Numbered from the stretch's first letter, positions 27,832-36,804 are shown. The stretch is 64,000 nt of DNA from a virus (IMGVR_UViG_2974606035_000001:3086-67085); one strand, 5' to 3'. Numbers and translations are program-made. Notes: generated from the letters alone by a model not told the origin.

Positions 27832-27908
27832 TGGCGCGACCGATGGGATTTGAACCCACATTCCCTCCCGTGACAGGGGAGTACCATTACCAAGCCAGCC
27901 CCGGTCGC
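27832..27908 (-). tRNA. tRNA-Asp (GUC)
   Basis: perfect acceptor GCGACCG/CGGTCGC; loop CTGTCAC. Confidence 0.6.
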
Positions 27909-27917
27909 ATAATTCAT

Positions 27918-28103
27918 TTACTCAGCTTTGAGTTTTTCAATAGCTGCATTAAGTTCCTTAAGAAACTCTTTTCGTACATTAAGACGGTTGAGACTTACTA
28001 GTATATCATGTTTAAGTTCTTCGATGTATTTCTTCTCAACTTCAATATTGTTGATAGTGCTATCACGATGAACTTCTAGCTGCGCAATTACATTCTTGGA
28101 CAT
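27918..28103 (-). CDS. small coiled-coil protein (61 aa)
   Basis: ORF track. Confidence 0.4.
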   Translation of the reverse strand: MSKNVIAQLEVHRDSTINNIEVEKKYIEELKHDILVSLNRLNVRKEFLKELNAAIEKLKAE

Positions 28104-28120
28104 GCTTGTTTCCTCAGTTA

Positions 28121-28318
28121 TTAATGAAAACGGTATCTGTGGCTGAATTCGATATCAGCTTTTGCATCTGGAGCCATGCCAGCTTCAACACATTTAGCTT
28201 TAACTTCCGGCAGAAGTTCTACATCGTAGAAATAAAGCCATTCAATCTCACCTTCCCAGCCTTCCCAGGATTTACAGATCGCACTTTCAATACCAGTTGC
28301 TATAACACGATTTTGCAT
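28121..28318 (-). CDS. small acidic protein (65 aa)
   Basis: ORF track; promoter consensus 28349-28378. Confidence 0.4.
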   Translation of the reverse strand: MQNRVIATGIESAICKSWEGWEGEIEWLYFYDVELLPEVKAKCVEAGMAPDAKADIEFSHRYRFH

Positions 28319-28408
28319 TCGTTAACTCCTTCATCAATTTATATAACTATTATATCAGAAATTTAAAGCAAAAGGCAAGTACATTTTTAAAAATTCTGTT
28401 TGGAGGAG

Positions 28409-28615
28409 CTAAACTCCAGATTCTTCAGCCAAGTCTAGACTAATAAGAGATATAGCCATAATTGCTGCTCCATGTTCTTTTTCTCCAGTCTCTTTAGCTA
28501 GAGTTATAATATCAAGAAATTGCTTATGAAAATCCGCAACCTCTTGAGTTATACCTGCCTCAGCAATCATGCCTTTAAGCATGAAACGTTGTGCAGTGAT
28601 TTCAGGATTAGCCAT
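28409..28615 (-). CDS. small protein (68 aa)
   Basis: ORF track. Confidence 0.4.
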   Translation of the reverse strand: MANPEITAQRFMLKGMIAEAGITQEVADFHKQFLDIITLAKETGEKEHGAAIMAISLISLDLAEESGV

Positions 28616-28790
28616 CTTGTTTCTCCAGTTTCATCTTTAATAGTCTACAAATAAAATCAATGTCTTCATCCGTGCCTAGATCTCTATCTTCAAGAGTTGC
28701 CTTGAAGTTTTTAGTTAATTCCATGAGGATAACTTCTCTAGAACGACGTGTTGGCGGAGGTGGATGTCTATACATCTTATTTCCTTAATT

Positions 28791-28865
28791 TGGTGGGTCG
28801 GAGGAGAATCTAACTCCTACTCATTAGCTTATGAGGCCACCGCTTTAACTTTAAGCTACCGACCC
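28791..28865 (-). tRNA. tRNA anticodon CAU (Met/fMet-like loop CUCAUAA)
   Basis: perfect acceptor GGGTCGG/CCGACCC. Confidence 0.5.
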
Positions 28866-28871
28866 TATGTT

Positions 28872-28965
28872 TGGAGGAAGATGCCAGACTCGAACTGGCA
28901 CACCGTGTTTCCACAGTTACTGGCTGTTTAGCAAACAGCTCCCTTACCTTTAGGGTTAATCTTCC
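28872..28965 (-). tRNA. tRNA-Ser (GCU), class II, 94 nt
   Basis: perfect acceptor GGAAGAT/ATCTTCC; loop TTGCTAA. Confidence 0.5.
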
Positions 28966-28980
28966 GAATTTATAAAATAT

Positions 28981-29009
28981 ATTATATTAGAAATTTAGCT
29001 TCATAGCAA
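28981..29009 (-). promoter_or_regulatory. early promoter copy directed into tRNA genes 28791-28965
   Basis: TAGCAA(rc TTGCTA)-17-ATTATA(rc TATAAT). Confidence 0.5.
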
Positions 29010-29505
29010 GAAAATTTTTCAAGTTTTCGGTAGACATCTCATCTACATCTACAGGGGAAACAAAGCCGTTTAATTTTCTAGCAAATTTTTCACCCGCAGG
29101 ATCGTTGTCTCCGACAGCTACCAATTTAAAAGGTAATAATTTCAGTTGCTTTAATAACGCTTTTCCTGGAGAAGAACCTAACATTGCCAGGGCTGGATAA
29201 CCAGCGTTATGTAACGCAACTGCCTTAAATACAGATTCAGCGATCAATACTACTTTTTCAGCTCCATTGAGAGTTTCTAGTCCCCATACACACTGTGTAT
29301 TAGAATAGGTAAAATATTTAGCCTCAGAGGGGCACTTACCATGACCTTTTGGAGCAGAAGGATTATACGTCTGATAGCCTCTCAACATCCCAGAGAAGTC
29401 ATACAACGGGACTGTTAGCCACCCTTCTGGACTTAACCAGCAATGATATTTATCTATATCAAATCCCCTAGATAAGAGGTGCTGTGTTAGCTCATCAACA
29501 TTCAT
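28987..29505 (-). CDS. Toprim-domain protein (DnaG-like catalytic core, ~173 aa from ATG 29505)
   Basis: VVLIAESVFKA...VAVGDNDPAGEKFARK; promoter+leader consensus 29512-29565 fixes start. Confidence 0.5.
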   Translation of the reverse strand: MNVDELTQHLLSRGFDIDKYHCWLSPEGWLTVPLYDFSGMLRGYQTYNPSAPKGHGKCPSEAKYFTYSNTQCVWGLETLNGAEKVVLIAESVFKAVALHNAGYPALAMLGSSPGKALLKQLKLLPFKLVAVGDNDPAGEKFARKLNGFVSPVDVDEMSTENLKNFLAMKLNF

Positions 29506-29682
29506 ATTTGGTTCCTCTCTCAAATTTATAGATATATTATACAGAGAATTTATCATTCGAGCAATCAAATTTTTTAACTTTTTAGAGGAAAATCGTAGGG
29601 CACTTAAGGGTAGCAGATAAGTGGTGAGGACCAAAATTTGTGACCCCACTAAAAATCCGGGGGCAATTTTTAAAGACCCCTT

Positions 29683-29715
29683 GACATTTTCGCTGGGGTA
29701 GTGTAAAGTATATGT
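29683..29715 (+). promoter_or_regulatory. sigma70-like promoter TTGACA-17-TAAAGT for plus-strand island
   Basis: ttgacattttcgctggggtagtgtaaagt. Confidence 0.4.
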
Positions 29716-29772
29716 TATGGATGAGTGATCAAAGAGACACACATTTTCTATATACTAGGAGGTGTCAAAAAA

Positions 29773-30759
29773 ATGACAGAAGAAGTAGCTAAGAGTCCTG
29801 AGACCGTCGCTAGCGTTGCAGCAGAACTGCACCGTCACGAGGAATCAGATAAGAAAAAGTGGGAGAAGGTCAGAGCCTACGAAGAAAAACATCGTGAACA
29901 TGATGATGAAGAAGATGACGATGATGAACATTGTCATAAATATGGAAAACATAAAATGCAAGAACCAGTAAACGTATTCACTAGTGGCTTCCCTGGCCTA
30001 CTGGGTGGTTACCCAGCAAACGCAGGTGCTTTCGGTGGTGAAGGTATGGGACTATTCGGAGCTATCCTAATCGGTGCTCTATTAACAGGCGGATTCGGTG
30101 GTTTCGGTGGATTCGGTGGACGTGGTGTAGTTGGTGATGGTACCGCAGTTGATGCAGTACTTCAGAACCAAGATACCGCTAGTATTCTAGCAGCTATTAA
30201 CACTACTCGTACAGAAGCTAATCAGGGTACTGGAGCTGTTTTAAGCGCAGTTAACAATGGTTTTAGCCAGACATCCCAAAACCAGAGCCGTGATACTCAG
30301 TCTGTACTAACTACGATCTATGGTACGGGTGCTAATCTGTCTAATCAAATCTGCCAGGAAACTCGCAACGTTATTCAGGGTCAGTTCGATCTTTCTCGCC
30401 AGATTGATCAATCTTTCGCAGCTAATCAGATAGCTCGTGCACAGGATAAGTTTGATTCTGCACAGATCGCTTTCCAGCAGACTTTACAAACTAATAACCA
30501 GTTTACCGCTGTTCAGGCTCAGATGTGTGCTAACCAGAACTCTCTGGAACGCCAGATCGCTGAATGTTGCTGTGAACTTCAGACTGCGATCGCTGGTGTA
30601 ACTACTGCGCGTATCCAGGATGAGTTAGATGCATGTCGCCTACGTGAAGCAATCGCTGCGGGTAATGGTGCTAACGGTCAGGTAATTAATCAAATCGCTG
30701 TAAGTCTTGGTGCTATCACTCAGACTCTGGCTGGTCTGCAGGCTAAACTGCCGGCTTAA
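29773..30759 (+). CDS. low-complexity protein: acidic/His-rich N-term, GGFGGFGGFGG Gly-Phe repeats, long Q/N/S/T-rich predicted helical tail (329 aa)
   Basis: ORF track 29725-30759; RBS TAGGAGGTG before ATG 29773; GC-rich codon usage unlike neighbours. Confidence 0.55.
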   Translation: MTEEVAKSPETVASVAAELHRHEESDKKKWEKVRAYEEKHREHDDEEDDDDEHCHKYGKHKMQEPVNVFTSGFPGLLGGYPANAGAFGGEGMGLFGAILIGALLTGGFGGFGGFGGRGVVGDGTAVDAVLQNQDTASILAAINTTRTEANQGTGAVLSAVNNGFSQTSQNQSRDTQSVLTTIYGTGANLSNQICQETRNVIQGQFDLSRQIDQSFAANQIARAQDKFDSAQIAFQQTLQTNNQFTAVQAQMCANQNSLERQIAECCCELQTAIAGVTTARIQDELDACRLREAIAAGNGANGQVINQIAVSLGAITQTLAGLQAKLPA

Positions 30760-30780
30760 TATTAAGGGGAGGAGCCCATT

Positions 30781-31197
30781 ATGAGTAAATATGGTTTTGT
30801 AAATAACGGACTTAATCAAAGTATGGGCTCCCAGCAGCCCATTCCGGGTCTGGATAACCCCTACTTACAACAGTTGCAACAGCGTTTAGCAGAAGCGCAA
30901 CAGATGCAGCAACAACTCCAGCAAAATCCTGGAAGTGTGAGTCCTATGCAAATGATGCAGCAAATGAGCGGGCAGTCGCAAATGCCTCAACAAATGCAGC
31001 AACAGGTGCCTCAGCAGCAAGTTCAGCAACAAACCCAACAACCGCAGGTTTCTGCGGAAGGACAGGCAGTACTAGCCCTTTTCGAAGACTTCGCAAAGAC
31101 AGAGGATGGGAAACAGCTTGTATCACTTATGGGTAAGTTTAATAGCTTCTGCCAAAGCCAAATTGCAAAAGCTCAAAATAGCGGTAATAACTCCTAA
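30781..31197 (+). CDS. Gln-rich (prion-like) protein, 138 aa
   Basis: ORF track; GGAGG RBS; >30% Q in central region. Confidence 0.5.
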   Translation: MSKYGFVNNGLNQSMGSQQPIPGLDNPYLQQLQQRLAEAQQMQQQLQQNPGSVSPMQMMQQMSGQSQMPQQMQQQVPQQQVQQQTQQPQVSAEGQAVLALFEDFAKTEDGKQLVSLMGKFNSFCQSQIAKAQNSGNNS

Positions 31198-31206
31198 GGA
31201 GGAATT

Positions 31207-31401
31207 ATGTGTTGCAGAAAATCTGTTTCGTGCTGCCCAATGCCTGTAGCACGTTGTTGCTCTCCAGCAATGTTTACGCAAATACCGGCGTTCAATCCGT
31301 TTGCCTTTAAGCCTACTCTTATCCTGCCCCCTAGAGTAGATTTTCAGTCAAGATTGGCCTCCCGTATGGGTGGTTGCTGTACACCGAGAGTATGGTTCTA
31401 A
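31207..31401 (+). CDS. Cys-rich small protein (64 aa; CC, CC, CC, CC pairs)
   Basis: ORF track; AAGGAGG RBS; followed by terminator. Confidence 0.45.
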   Translation: MCCRKSVSCCPMPVARCCSPAMFTQIPAFNPFAFKPTLILPPRVDFQSRLASRMGGCCTPRVWF

Positions 31402-31410
31402 ACCAAAAAC

Positions 31411-31447
31411 AAAAGCCCCTGCCGAAAGGTAAGGGGCTTTTTCTTTT
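31411..31447 (+). terminator. rho-independent terminator AAGCCCCT..AGGGGCTT + TTTCTTTT
   Basis: seen directly. Confidence 0.65.
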
Positions 31448-31461
31448 GCCTTAAATACAGA

Positions 31462-31497
31462 AAAGCCCGCGCTCTCGGAGGAAACGCGGGCTTGGTT
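31462..31497 (-). terminator. rho-independent terminator AGCCCGCG..CGCGGGCT + TTTTCTG (minus)
   Basis: seen directly. Confidence 0.6.
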
Positions 31498-31516
31498 CAA
31501 AGATTACGTGTAACTA

Positions 31517-32464
31517 TTACTTATTACGCATATCCATAATCATTTGGCCATCATAGCCAGTGCCAACTACAGTCTGAGGTACACCACCTTGATACTTCTG
31601 AGCACGAATCATTTCAACTTCCAGTTGCTTCCAGCGAATCATCTCAGGAGTAATGGTACGTTGTAATGCGGCGTTAGCTTCAGCTTCTTTCTTAGCTGCG
31701 TACAGTTTAGCATCTGCGTCACGTTCATTAGCAATAGCTTGGTTGTTGCGAGCTTCACGGTCTGCTTCTGCTTGTTTAACCTTCTGCTGTGCTTCTTGCT
31801 CAACGCGGGCCAGTTCAGCTTTAGCAGCATTAACTTGCTCTTCACGAACTTTGGTATTCTGTACCTGTTCCATGATTACTGGCGGCAAGGTAATATCCTG
31901 AAGGAATACCTGCTTAACTGTGTAACCATATGGGCGCGCATATTCTTCAACTTCCTGTTGAATTGCAGTTTGCAATTGAGCCTGAATTTTAGCATCAAAC
32001 AAATCTTGTGCTTTAGGTACAGACTTACCAAACTCACGAATAGTAGACAGTAATTTTTCAGTTACATACTTGTCTAGTGCCTGATCCTGAGTACCTGCGT
32101 TAATACGGTTAATCGGTGCCTTAGAACCATCAAATTGCAACATAACAGTCAGGTCAACAGTGGATTTAAACTTATCCTGACTAGGAACCTGAAGTTTATC
32201 TAATTTTACAGCAATATCTTTTGTACTAAAAGTATCGAAAGATGCAAACGGGTTTACAAGATGGAAACCCGGCAATACTGGATTAGGATCTACTTTACCC
32301 AGGAATGTTTGAGTTTTAACCGTACCATCAGAAACAATAGTATATGAATTAAAGGCTAGAATCAAGCCTGCTAAACCAACTACAGCACCAATACCCCAAC
32401 GTTTAATAGTACGAATTACTTTCTGCTCAGAAGTCAGTTCTTTCATATTTTTAGTATTAAACAT
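31517..32464 (-). CDS. SPFH/band-7 (prohibitin/HflKC-like) membrane protein, 315 aa
   Basis: N-terminal TM, SPFH-like core, long Ala/Glu/Gln coiled-coil tail. Confidence 0.55.
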   Translation of the reverse strand: MFNTKNMKELTSEQKVIRTIKRWGIGAVVGLAGLILAFNSYTIVSDGTVKTQTFLGKVDPNPVLPGFHLVNPFASFDTFSTKDIAVKLDKLQVPSQDKFKSTVDLTVMLQFDGSKAPINRINAGTQDQALDKYVTEKLLSTIREFGKSVPKAQDLFDAKIQAQLQTAIQQEVEEYARPYGYTVKQVFLQDITLPPVIMEQVQNTKVREEQVNAAKAELARVEQEAQQKVKQAEADREARNNQAIANERDADAKLYAAKKEAEANAALQRTITPEMIRWKQLEVEMIRAQKYQGGVPQTVVGTGYDGQMIMDMRNK

Positions 32465-32498
32465 ATATTTCCTTTGTTTTAGTTACAGTTAATAAAAT

Positions 32499-32573
32499 TG
32501 GCCGAGGTGACAGGATTCGAACCTGCATAAAGGAATTTAGAAGACTCCTGCCTCTCCCTTAGACTACACCCCG
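32499..32573 (-). tRNA. tRNA-Arg (UCU)
   Basis: T-arm CAGG/TTCGAAT/CCTG; loop CTTCTAA. Confidence 0.5.
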
Positions 32574-33223
32574 TTTAAGTATTTTTAAGAACTCTCGTAA
32601 AAACTCTTAAAAATACAGACGATACCGGGAGAGTCATAAGTCTCACTCATTAAGTATTTCAAGACAAAATACAGTAACGTCTATTATTTTCCAGTTTAAG
32701 TCAGGGTGACTTAGTGGTTATGTCCTGCGGTATATTGAGGACTCGGTTAGGCTTGGGGTCATGACTTCCCACCTTTTGCTGCTACTCAACAGGAGTTATC
32801 GCGAATTACCTGTGCTATTGTGCACCATTAGTGACATCTCTCATGTCAGCATTTCCCACTTTGTGGATAGCTTGAAAAACTACTCCGATATGGAGAAAGA
32901 ACTTCACTATCCTAGAATACCTTCTAAAGTTCTTCTTTAGCCTGGACATAGTTAAATCGTAATAAAACTATTCAGCAGACTGGTTGGTTAGTCTGGAACC
33001 AACTACCGCGTGGTTTAGGCAGTGCGCAACTAACCTCGGAAGCTTTTACGTTAAAAGCACCAGTTATCCAGTTCTTACCGACCGTAGGATTCGAACCTAC
33101 ATCTTCCACCAGTTACGGCTTGATAATACCAATTATACTAGGACGGCAGTGTTACTACATAAGTGATTTCCACACCCCACTATTTATAAATTAGATAGAA
33201 ATTACTCTCTAATTTATAAATAT

Positions 33224-33252
33224 ATTATACAGAATTTAAAGGCATTTAGCAA
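33224..33252 (-). promoter_or_regulatory. early promoter copy with no ORF downstream (points into 32.6-33.2 kb tRNA-like region)
   Basis: TAGCAA-17-ATTATA on plus = TTGCTA-17-TATAAT on minus. Confidence 0.5.
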
Positions 33253-33260
33253 ATAAATTT

Positions 33261-33704
33261 TTAATTAAATTCGCCAGCAATCTGAGCAGCAGTACCGCCA
33301 TCATAACGCCCAGGAAATTCTTCCTTAATCGCTTTCATCAGCATACCTTTTGTAATTCCAGGGTTTAGCTTAACTAATTCTGCAAAGTATTTACGAATCT
33401 CAGTATCAGATAACTGAGGGGGCAGATACTCCTGCAACCACTTATTTAGAATGTACTCATACTGAGCAGACTGCAAGCTATAACTATCAAGATTTTGACC
33501 ATGAAGTTTAGCTTTCATCTGGTTAATGCTTTTTAGCTGAGCTTTGAGATAAGACACAAATTGTTCAGAAGTGATGAAATCTTTATCAATACGCTGAAGA
33601 TCCCCGATTATGGTCTGATAGCTTTTAGCGACTTCTTTATCAGAACCATTAAACTTAGAATCCTGCAAAGCTCTACGCAAAACATCTAAAATATTCTCTT
33701 CCAT
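33261..33704 (-). CDS. hypothetical protein (147 aa)
   Basis: ORF track; start overlaps stop of upstream small ORF (TAATG). Confidence 0.5.
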   Translation of the reverse strand: MEENILDVLRRALQDSKFNGSDKEVAKSYQTIIGDLQRIDKDFITSEQFVSYLKAQLKSINQMKAKLHGQNLDSYSLQSAQYEYILNKWLQEYLPPQLSDTEIRKYFAELVKLNPGITKGMLMKAIKEEFPGRYDGGTAAQIAGEFN

Positions 33705-33874
33705 TATTTCATTCCTAACGCCTGGTTAAAAGATTGTTCTGTCATAACTGCTGAGACTTTGGCGAAATCAAACTTTTTAGGGTTCGTAGTGATTTCAGCA
33801 ATGTTAGAAGTTTTAACAGTTTTCGTAGTACGAATACCGCGAGTGTTAACACCAATAACAATCAAGTTCTTCAT
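33704..33874 (-). CDS. small protein (56 aa, below track cutoff)
   Basis: manual translation MKNLIVIGVNTRGIRTTKTVK...; RBS GAGAGGA and promoter consensus 33906-33934. Confidence 0.45.
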   Translation of the reverse strand: MKNLIVIGVNTRGIRTTKTVKTSNIAEITTNPKKFDFAKVSAVMTEQSFNQALGMK

Positions 33875-33942
33875 ATTTCGCTTCCTCTCATTAATTTATG
33901 AAAGTATTATACAGAAATTTAAGTATTTAAGCAAATAAATTT

Positions 33943-34410
33943 TTAAGTTTTAGTGACAACAGGTTTATAAAATGTATGTCCCTTAATCTTAGTTGTTTTC
34001 TTAAATTTCTTTGTCCAGTAAGGTTTATCTTTACCACTATGGAAGTATAGCGCTCCATGTGTAGGATCTTGTGGTAAATCAACGTAGTATATCACTCTAG
34101 CTAAATTCTTAGCGGTTTGCCAAGCCTCATCAGTTTTATCAACTTTTGGTCTCTTAGATACCCAAGAGAACTGGTTAGACTGATATACTACTTTACAGTA
34201 GGAATCTGGGAATTTACCGGAGTTTACACGGTTTTTAGTAACATGTGCAATCGCCGTCATTCCCTTTATGCCCTCACCACGACTTTCGAAATAGATATTT
34301 TTAGCAATGCAATCTATTTCTTTTGCATCGTGCGATGCCTGACTACTAAAGCTGAAGGTAAGGGCAGCTACTAAAAGCAAAGCTGCCTTCATTCTTTTTA
34401 CTCCTGCCAA
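33943..34410 (-). CDS. secreted cell-wall hydrolase, SleB/CwlJ-like (Hydrolase_2) with signal peptide
   Basis: NIYFESRGE..GM.AIAHV..NR..FP.S.C.VV.Q..QFS motif. Confidence 0.55.
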   Translation of the reverse strand: MAGVKRMKAALLLVAALTFSFSSQASHDAKEIDCIAKNIYFESRGEGIKGMTAIAHVTKNRVNSGKFPDSYCKVVYQSNQFSWVSKRPKVDKTDEAWQTAKNLARVIYYVDLPQDPTHGALYFHSGKDKPYWTKKFKKTTKIKGHTFYKPVVTKT

Positions 34411-34715
34411 TCATATTCAATGCGATTGGGGTTTTCTTTGTACCCTAAGTCAAGCAAATCATTACGCATATGTTGCTTAGCTACGGGATTCGAGGTTACT
34501 AGTACCACTTTCTTTGGTCTCTGCCCAAATTCTAAGAGTAAACGAAGAATTTGATAACCTTCCATACCATCTACAGCCAGATCGTTATCACAATAAACAA
34601 AGTGCCCAGTAGTATCAGTTCCCTTCAGAAACTCAATAGCGGCTTCTGGGGTTCGAATGATAATGTCCATTCCGTGAAGATTACGCACATCATCAATCAA
34701 AATATGAAAAGTCAT
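34398..34715 (-). CDS. stand-alone CheY-like receiver (REC) domain-like protein (105 aa)
   Basis: ILIDD (acidic pair), CDNDLAVDGMEGY (phospho-Asp position), VVLVTSNP (Thr), AK (Lys) in canonical order. Confidence 0.45.
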   Translation of the reverse strand: MTFHILIDDVRNLHGMDIIIRTPEAAIEFLKGTDTTGHFVYCDNDLAVDGMEGYQILRLLLEFGQRPKKVVLVTSNPVAKQHMRNDLLDLGYKENPNRIEYDWQE

Positions 34716-34745
34716 AATAGCCTCGTTTCATCAATTTAAAAATAT

Positions 34746-34774
34746 ATTATACATATAATTTAGTAGATTAGCAA
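34746..34774 (-). promoter_or_regulatory. early promoter copy (TTGCTA-17-TATAAT)
   Basis: consensus. Confidence 0.55.
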
Positions 34775-35157
34775 ATACGTTTTTAAATTGTGAAACTAGT
34801 AAACCGATAAACAGCCTAGAGGCGCCACTGGCCATATCTTATGAGCCATGTACCTTTGATCTAGGGTTTGAATCATCAACGAATACTTTGCATCTTTTAG
34901 CTTTAGAAGTTTAGAAGTTTGAGTTCTTTAAACTTTTCAGCTTTCATACTTAAATGTTGATCTTTGAAGTTGTGTCGGTAATATCAACGACGCTTTGTTC
35001 TTACGTGTCAGCTTAAAAGGCTGGTGTAATAAACATAATCTCCAATAGATTATACTTTATAGTATGGTCAGCGGTCTTATTTAACCTCGTATTTCAACCG
35101 CTGCTGCGAGGTAAGATGCTTGGGCTTTCGTCTACCGATTTACTAGCTTTTAAATTA

Positions 35158-35796
35158 TTACTCTACTTCAATGAAGGTAGAGGCGTTAGACTCGGACAGA
35201 ACAAAGTCAACGTTTGTTGCAAAGTCCTGGTATTCCTCGTCATGCTGCTTAATCAGCTTTTCCAGTTCCAGCGGATCGATCAAGAATGGAGTATTCTTGA
35301 GTTCCAGCAGATTGAGCTGCATTTTAACTTCATCTTCGGAAGTTTTCTTATCACGGGTAGCCATGCTATCCTGCAAACGCTCATATTTAGCATCAAACTG
35401 TGCTTTCTGCGTATTAAACTTAACCGTGGCGGCATGGAACTGCTTACGCATGTTAGCCAGCAGTTGGGCTTTAAGTTCCATAGAACGCTTAGCTTCAATT
35501 GCTTCCGCAACAGTCATTTTACGAGAACCAATCTCAACGATTGTTTCCGCATTGCTTTTAATCAGAGCAGCTTTGATACGATCACGCTGGGACATCATAT
35601 CCAGCAGAGACTGGAAATCAGTCTTAATACGAGTAGACAGATCAGCTACTTCGATTGCAGCGCCAACTACAACCTGGTTTTTATCCTTACCTTCACCAAC
35701 AGCGATCAGAAGCTGCTGTTCAGTAGCTTTACGGATTTTAGCTTCCAGAGATTTGATAGTTGCCAGAGCGCGAGTTTTAGAAATACGAGTAGTCAT
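35158..35796 (-). CDS. coiled-coil protein (212 aa), host-like high-GC codon usage
   Basis: ORF track; overlapping plus-strand ORFs judged spurious. Confidence 0.55.
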   Translation of the reverse strand: MTTRISKTRALATIKSLEAKIRKATEQQLLIAVGEGKDKNQVVVGAAIEVADLSTRIKTDFQSLLDMMSQRDRIKAALIKSNAETIVEIGSRKMTVAEAIEAKRSMELKAQLLANMRKQFHAATVKFNTQKAQFDAKYERLQDSMATRDKKTSEDEVKMQLNLLELKNTPFLIDPLELEKLIKQHDEEYQDFATNVDFVLSESNASTFIEVE

Positions 35797-35849
35797 TATT
35801 TGCTTCCTTATATGAAGTTTGAGATTTGAATTTGTTTAAAGTTGGTCTA

Positions 35850-36032
35850 TTACAGACCAATTGCCAGCAGAGTGCGTAGAACAGTATCGTTACTGTTATC
35901 AATTTTAGGATTAGCACGATTTAGCAGGTCAAAGATTTTCTGGATACCTGATTGACGTTCAGCCATACGACGGATACCCAGATTACGAGTAGCTTTCTTA
36001 CCATTTTTACGAACATTTTTAGATACTGGCAT
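35850..36032 (-). CDS. small basic protein (60 aa)
   Basis: ORF track; promoter consensus 36073-36101. Confidence 0.45.
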   Translation of the reverse strand: MPVSKNVRKNGKKATRNLGIRRMAERQSGIQKIFDLLNRANPKIDNSNDTVLRTLLAIGL

Positions 36033-36102
36033 ATTTGTTTTCCTTTTATTGTTTTCTCAAATTTATGAATATATTATACAGAATTTTGGAGCCGGAAGCA
36101 AA

Positions 36103-36804
36103 TCAAATTTTCATTTTTTCGATCATAGCTGCAACACAATAGCTCTCAACTAAGGCATCGAATGCTGGGTCGTGCTTAACCGGATAGATCCCATAACGAA
36201 TAGTGTCCATCTTCTCCATTTTAGCTATTGCCCAGCTAATACCTTCGGTCTCTAGAGCTTTATAACTATAACCAGCTTGCATCCAGAGATTACGAAGAGA
36301 TCGAACATTACCCAAGTTCCAGAATTTCCACGGAACTACCTCTTCATTGGTTCCAGCATGGAACGTGTTTGCAGAGTAGATAGTCATATCAAACTCTGGG
36401 CCATTGCCATAGTACAAAGCATTTTCGCCTAGAGCCAACTCCATAATATTTTGAGCCATAGAGTAGGCAGCATAGTTAGAGCCGAGTTTATTAGTGCAAT
36501 GATGTTTACCATTTTGGAAGGCAATCAGTTTTGGATTACGTTCCTTCATAGCTTCCATAATGTGGATAGCAGACGGGCTATTTTTAGCTTGATCCATCCA
36601 GAATGCTAGAGTAGATGCTGTAACTTTGGCACCAGAATTAAGTTGATCTTGTACATCTAAAGTAACAAATACTAGATCAGGGTCTTTGTCAATTCCGTGC
36701 ATAGCCACAAAAGCGAAAGAAGGCATTGCGATATGAGTAGTACCACAATCTCCTGGAGTTCCTAGAGATTCAATATCTAGCATACCAAATGGTTTTACTT
36801 TCAT
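36103..36804 (-). CDS. DEDDh 3'-5' exonuclease (DnaQ/RNase T-like), 233 aa
   Basis: MLDIESLG (DxE), ...H(5)D near C-terminus. Confidence 0.55.
   Translation of the reverse strand: MKVKPFGMLDIESLGTPGDCGTTHIAMPSFAFVAMHGIDKDPDLVFVTLDVQDQLNSGAKVTASTLAFWMDQAKNSPSAIHIMEAMKERNPKLIAFQNGKHHCTNKLGSNYAAYSMAQNIMELALGENALYYGNGPEFDMTIYSANTFHAGTNEEVVPWKFWNLGNVRSLRNLWMQAGYSYKALETEGISWAIAKMEKMDTIRYGIYPVKHDPAFDALVESYCVAAMIEKMKI

Noticed and set aside
35116-35829. Long plus-strand ORFs 35116-35829 and 35171-35815 opposite the 212-aa gene
   Set aside because: Antisense frames stay open because the sense gene is GC-rich with low stop-codon density. Their translations are Ser/Leu/Cys-rich nonsense, and the minus-strand gene has the promoter, RBS and terminator context.
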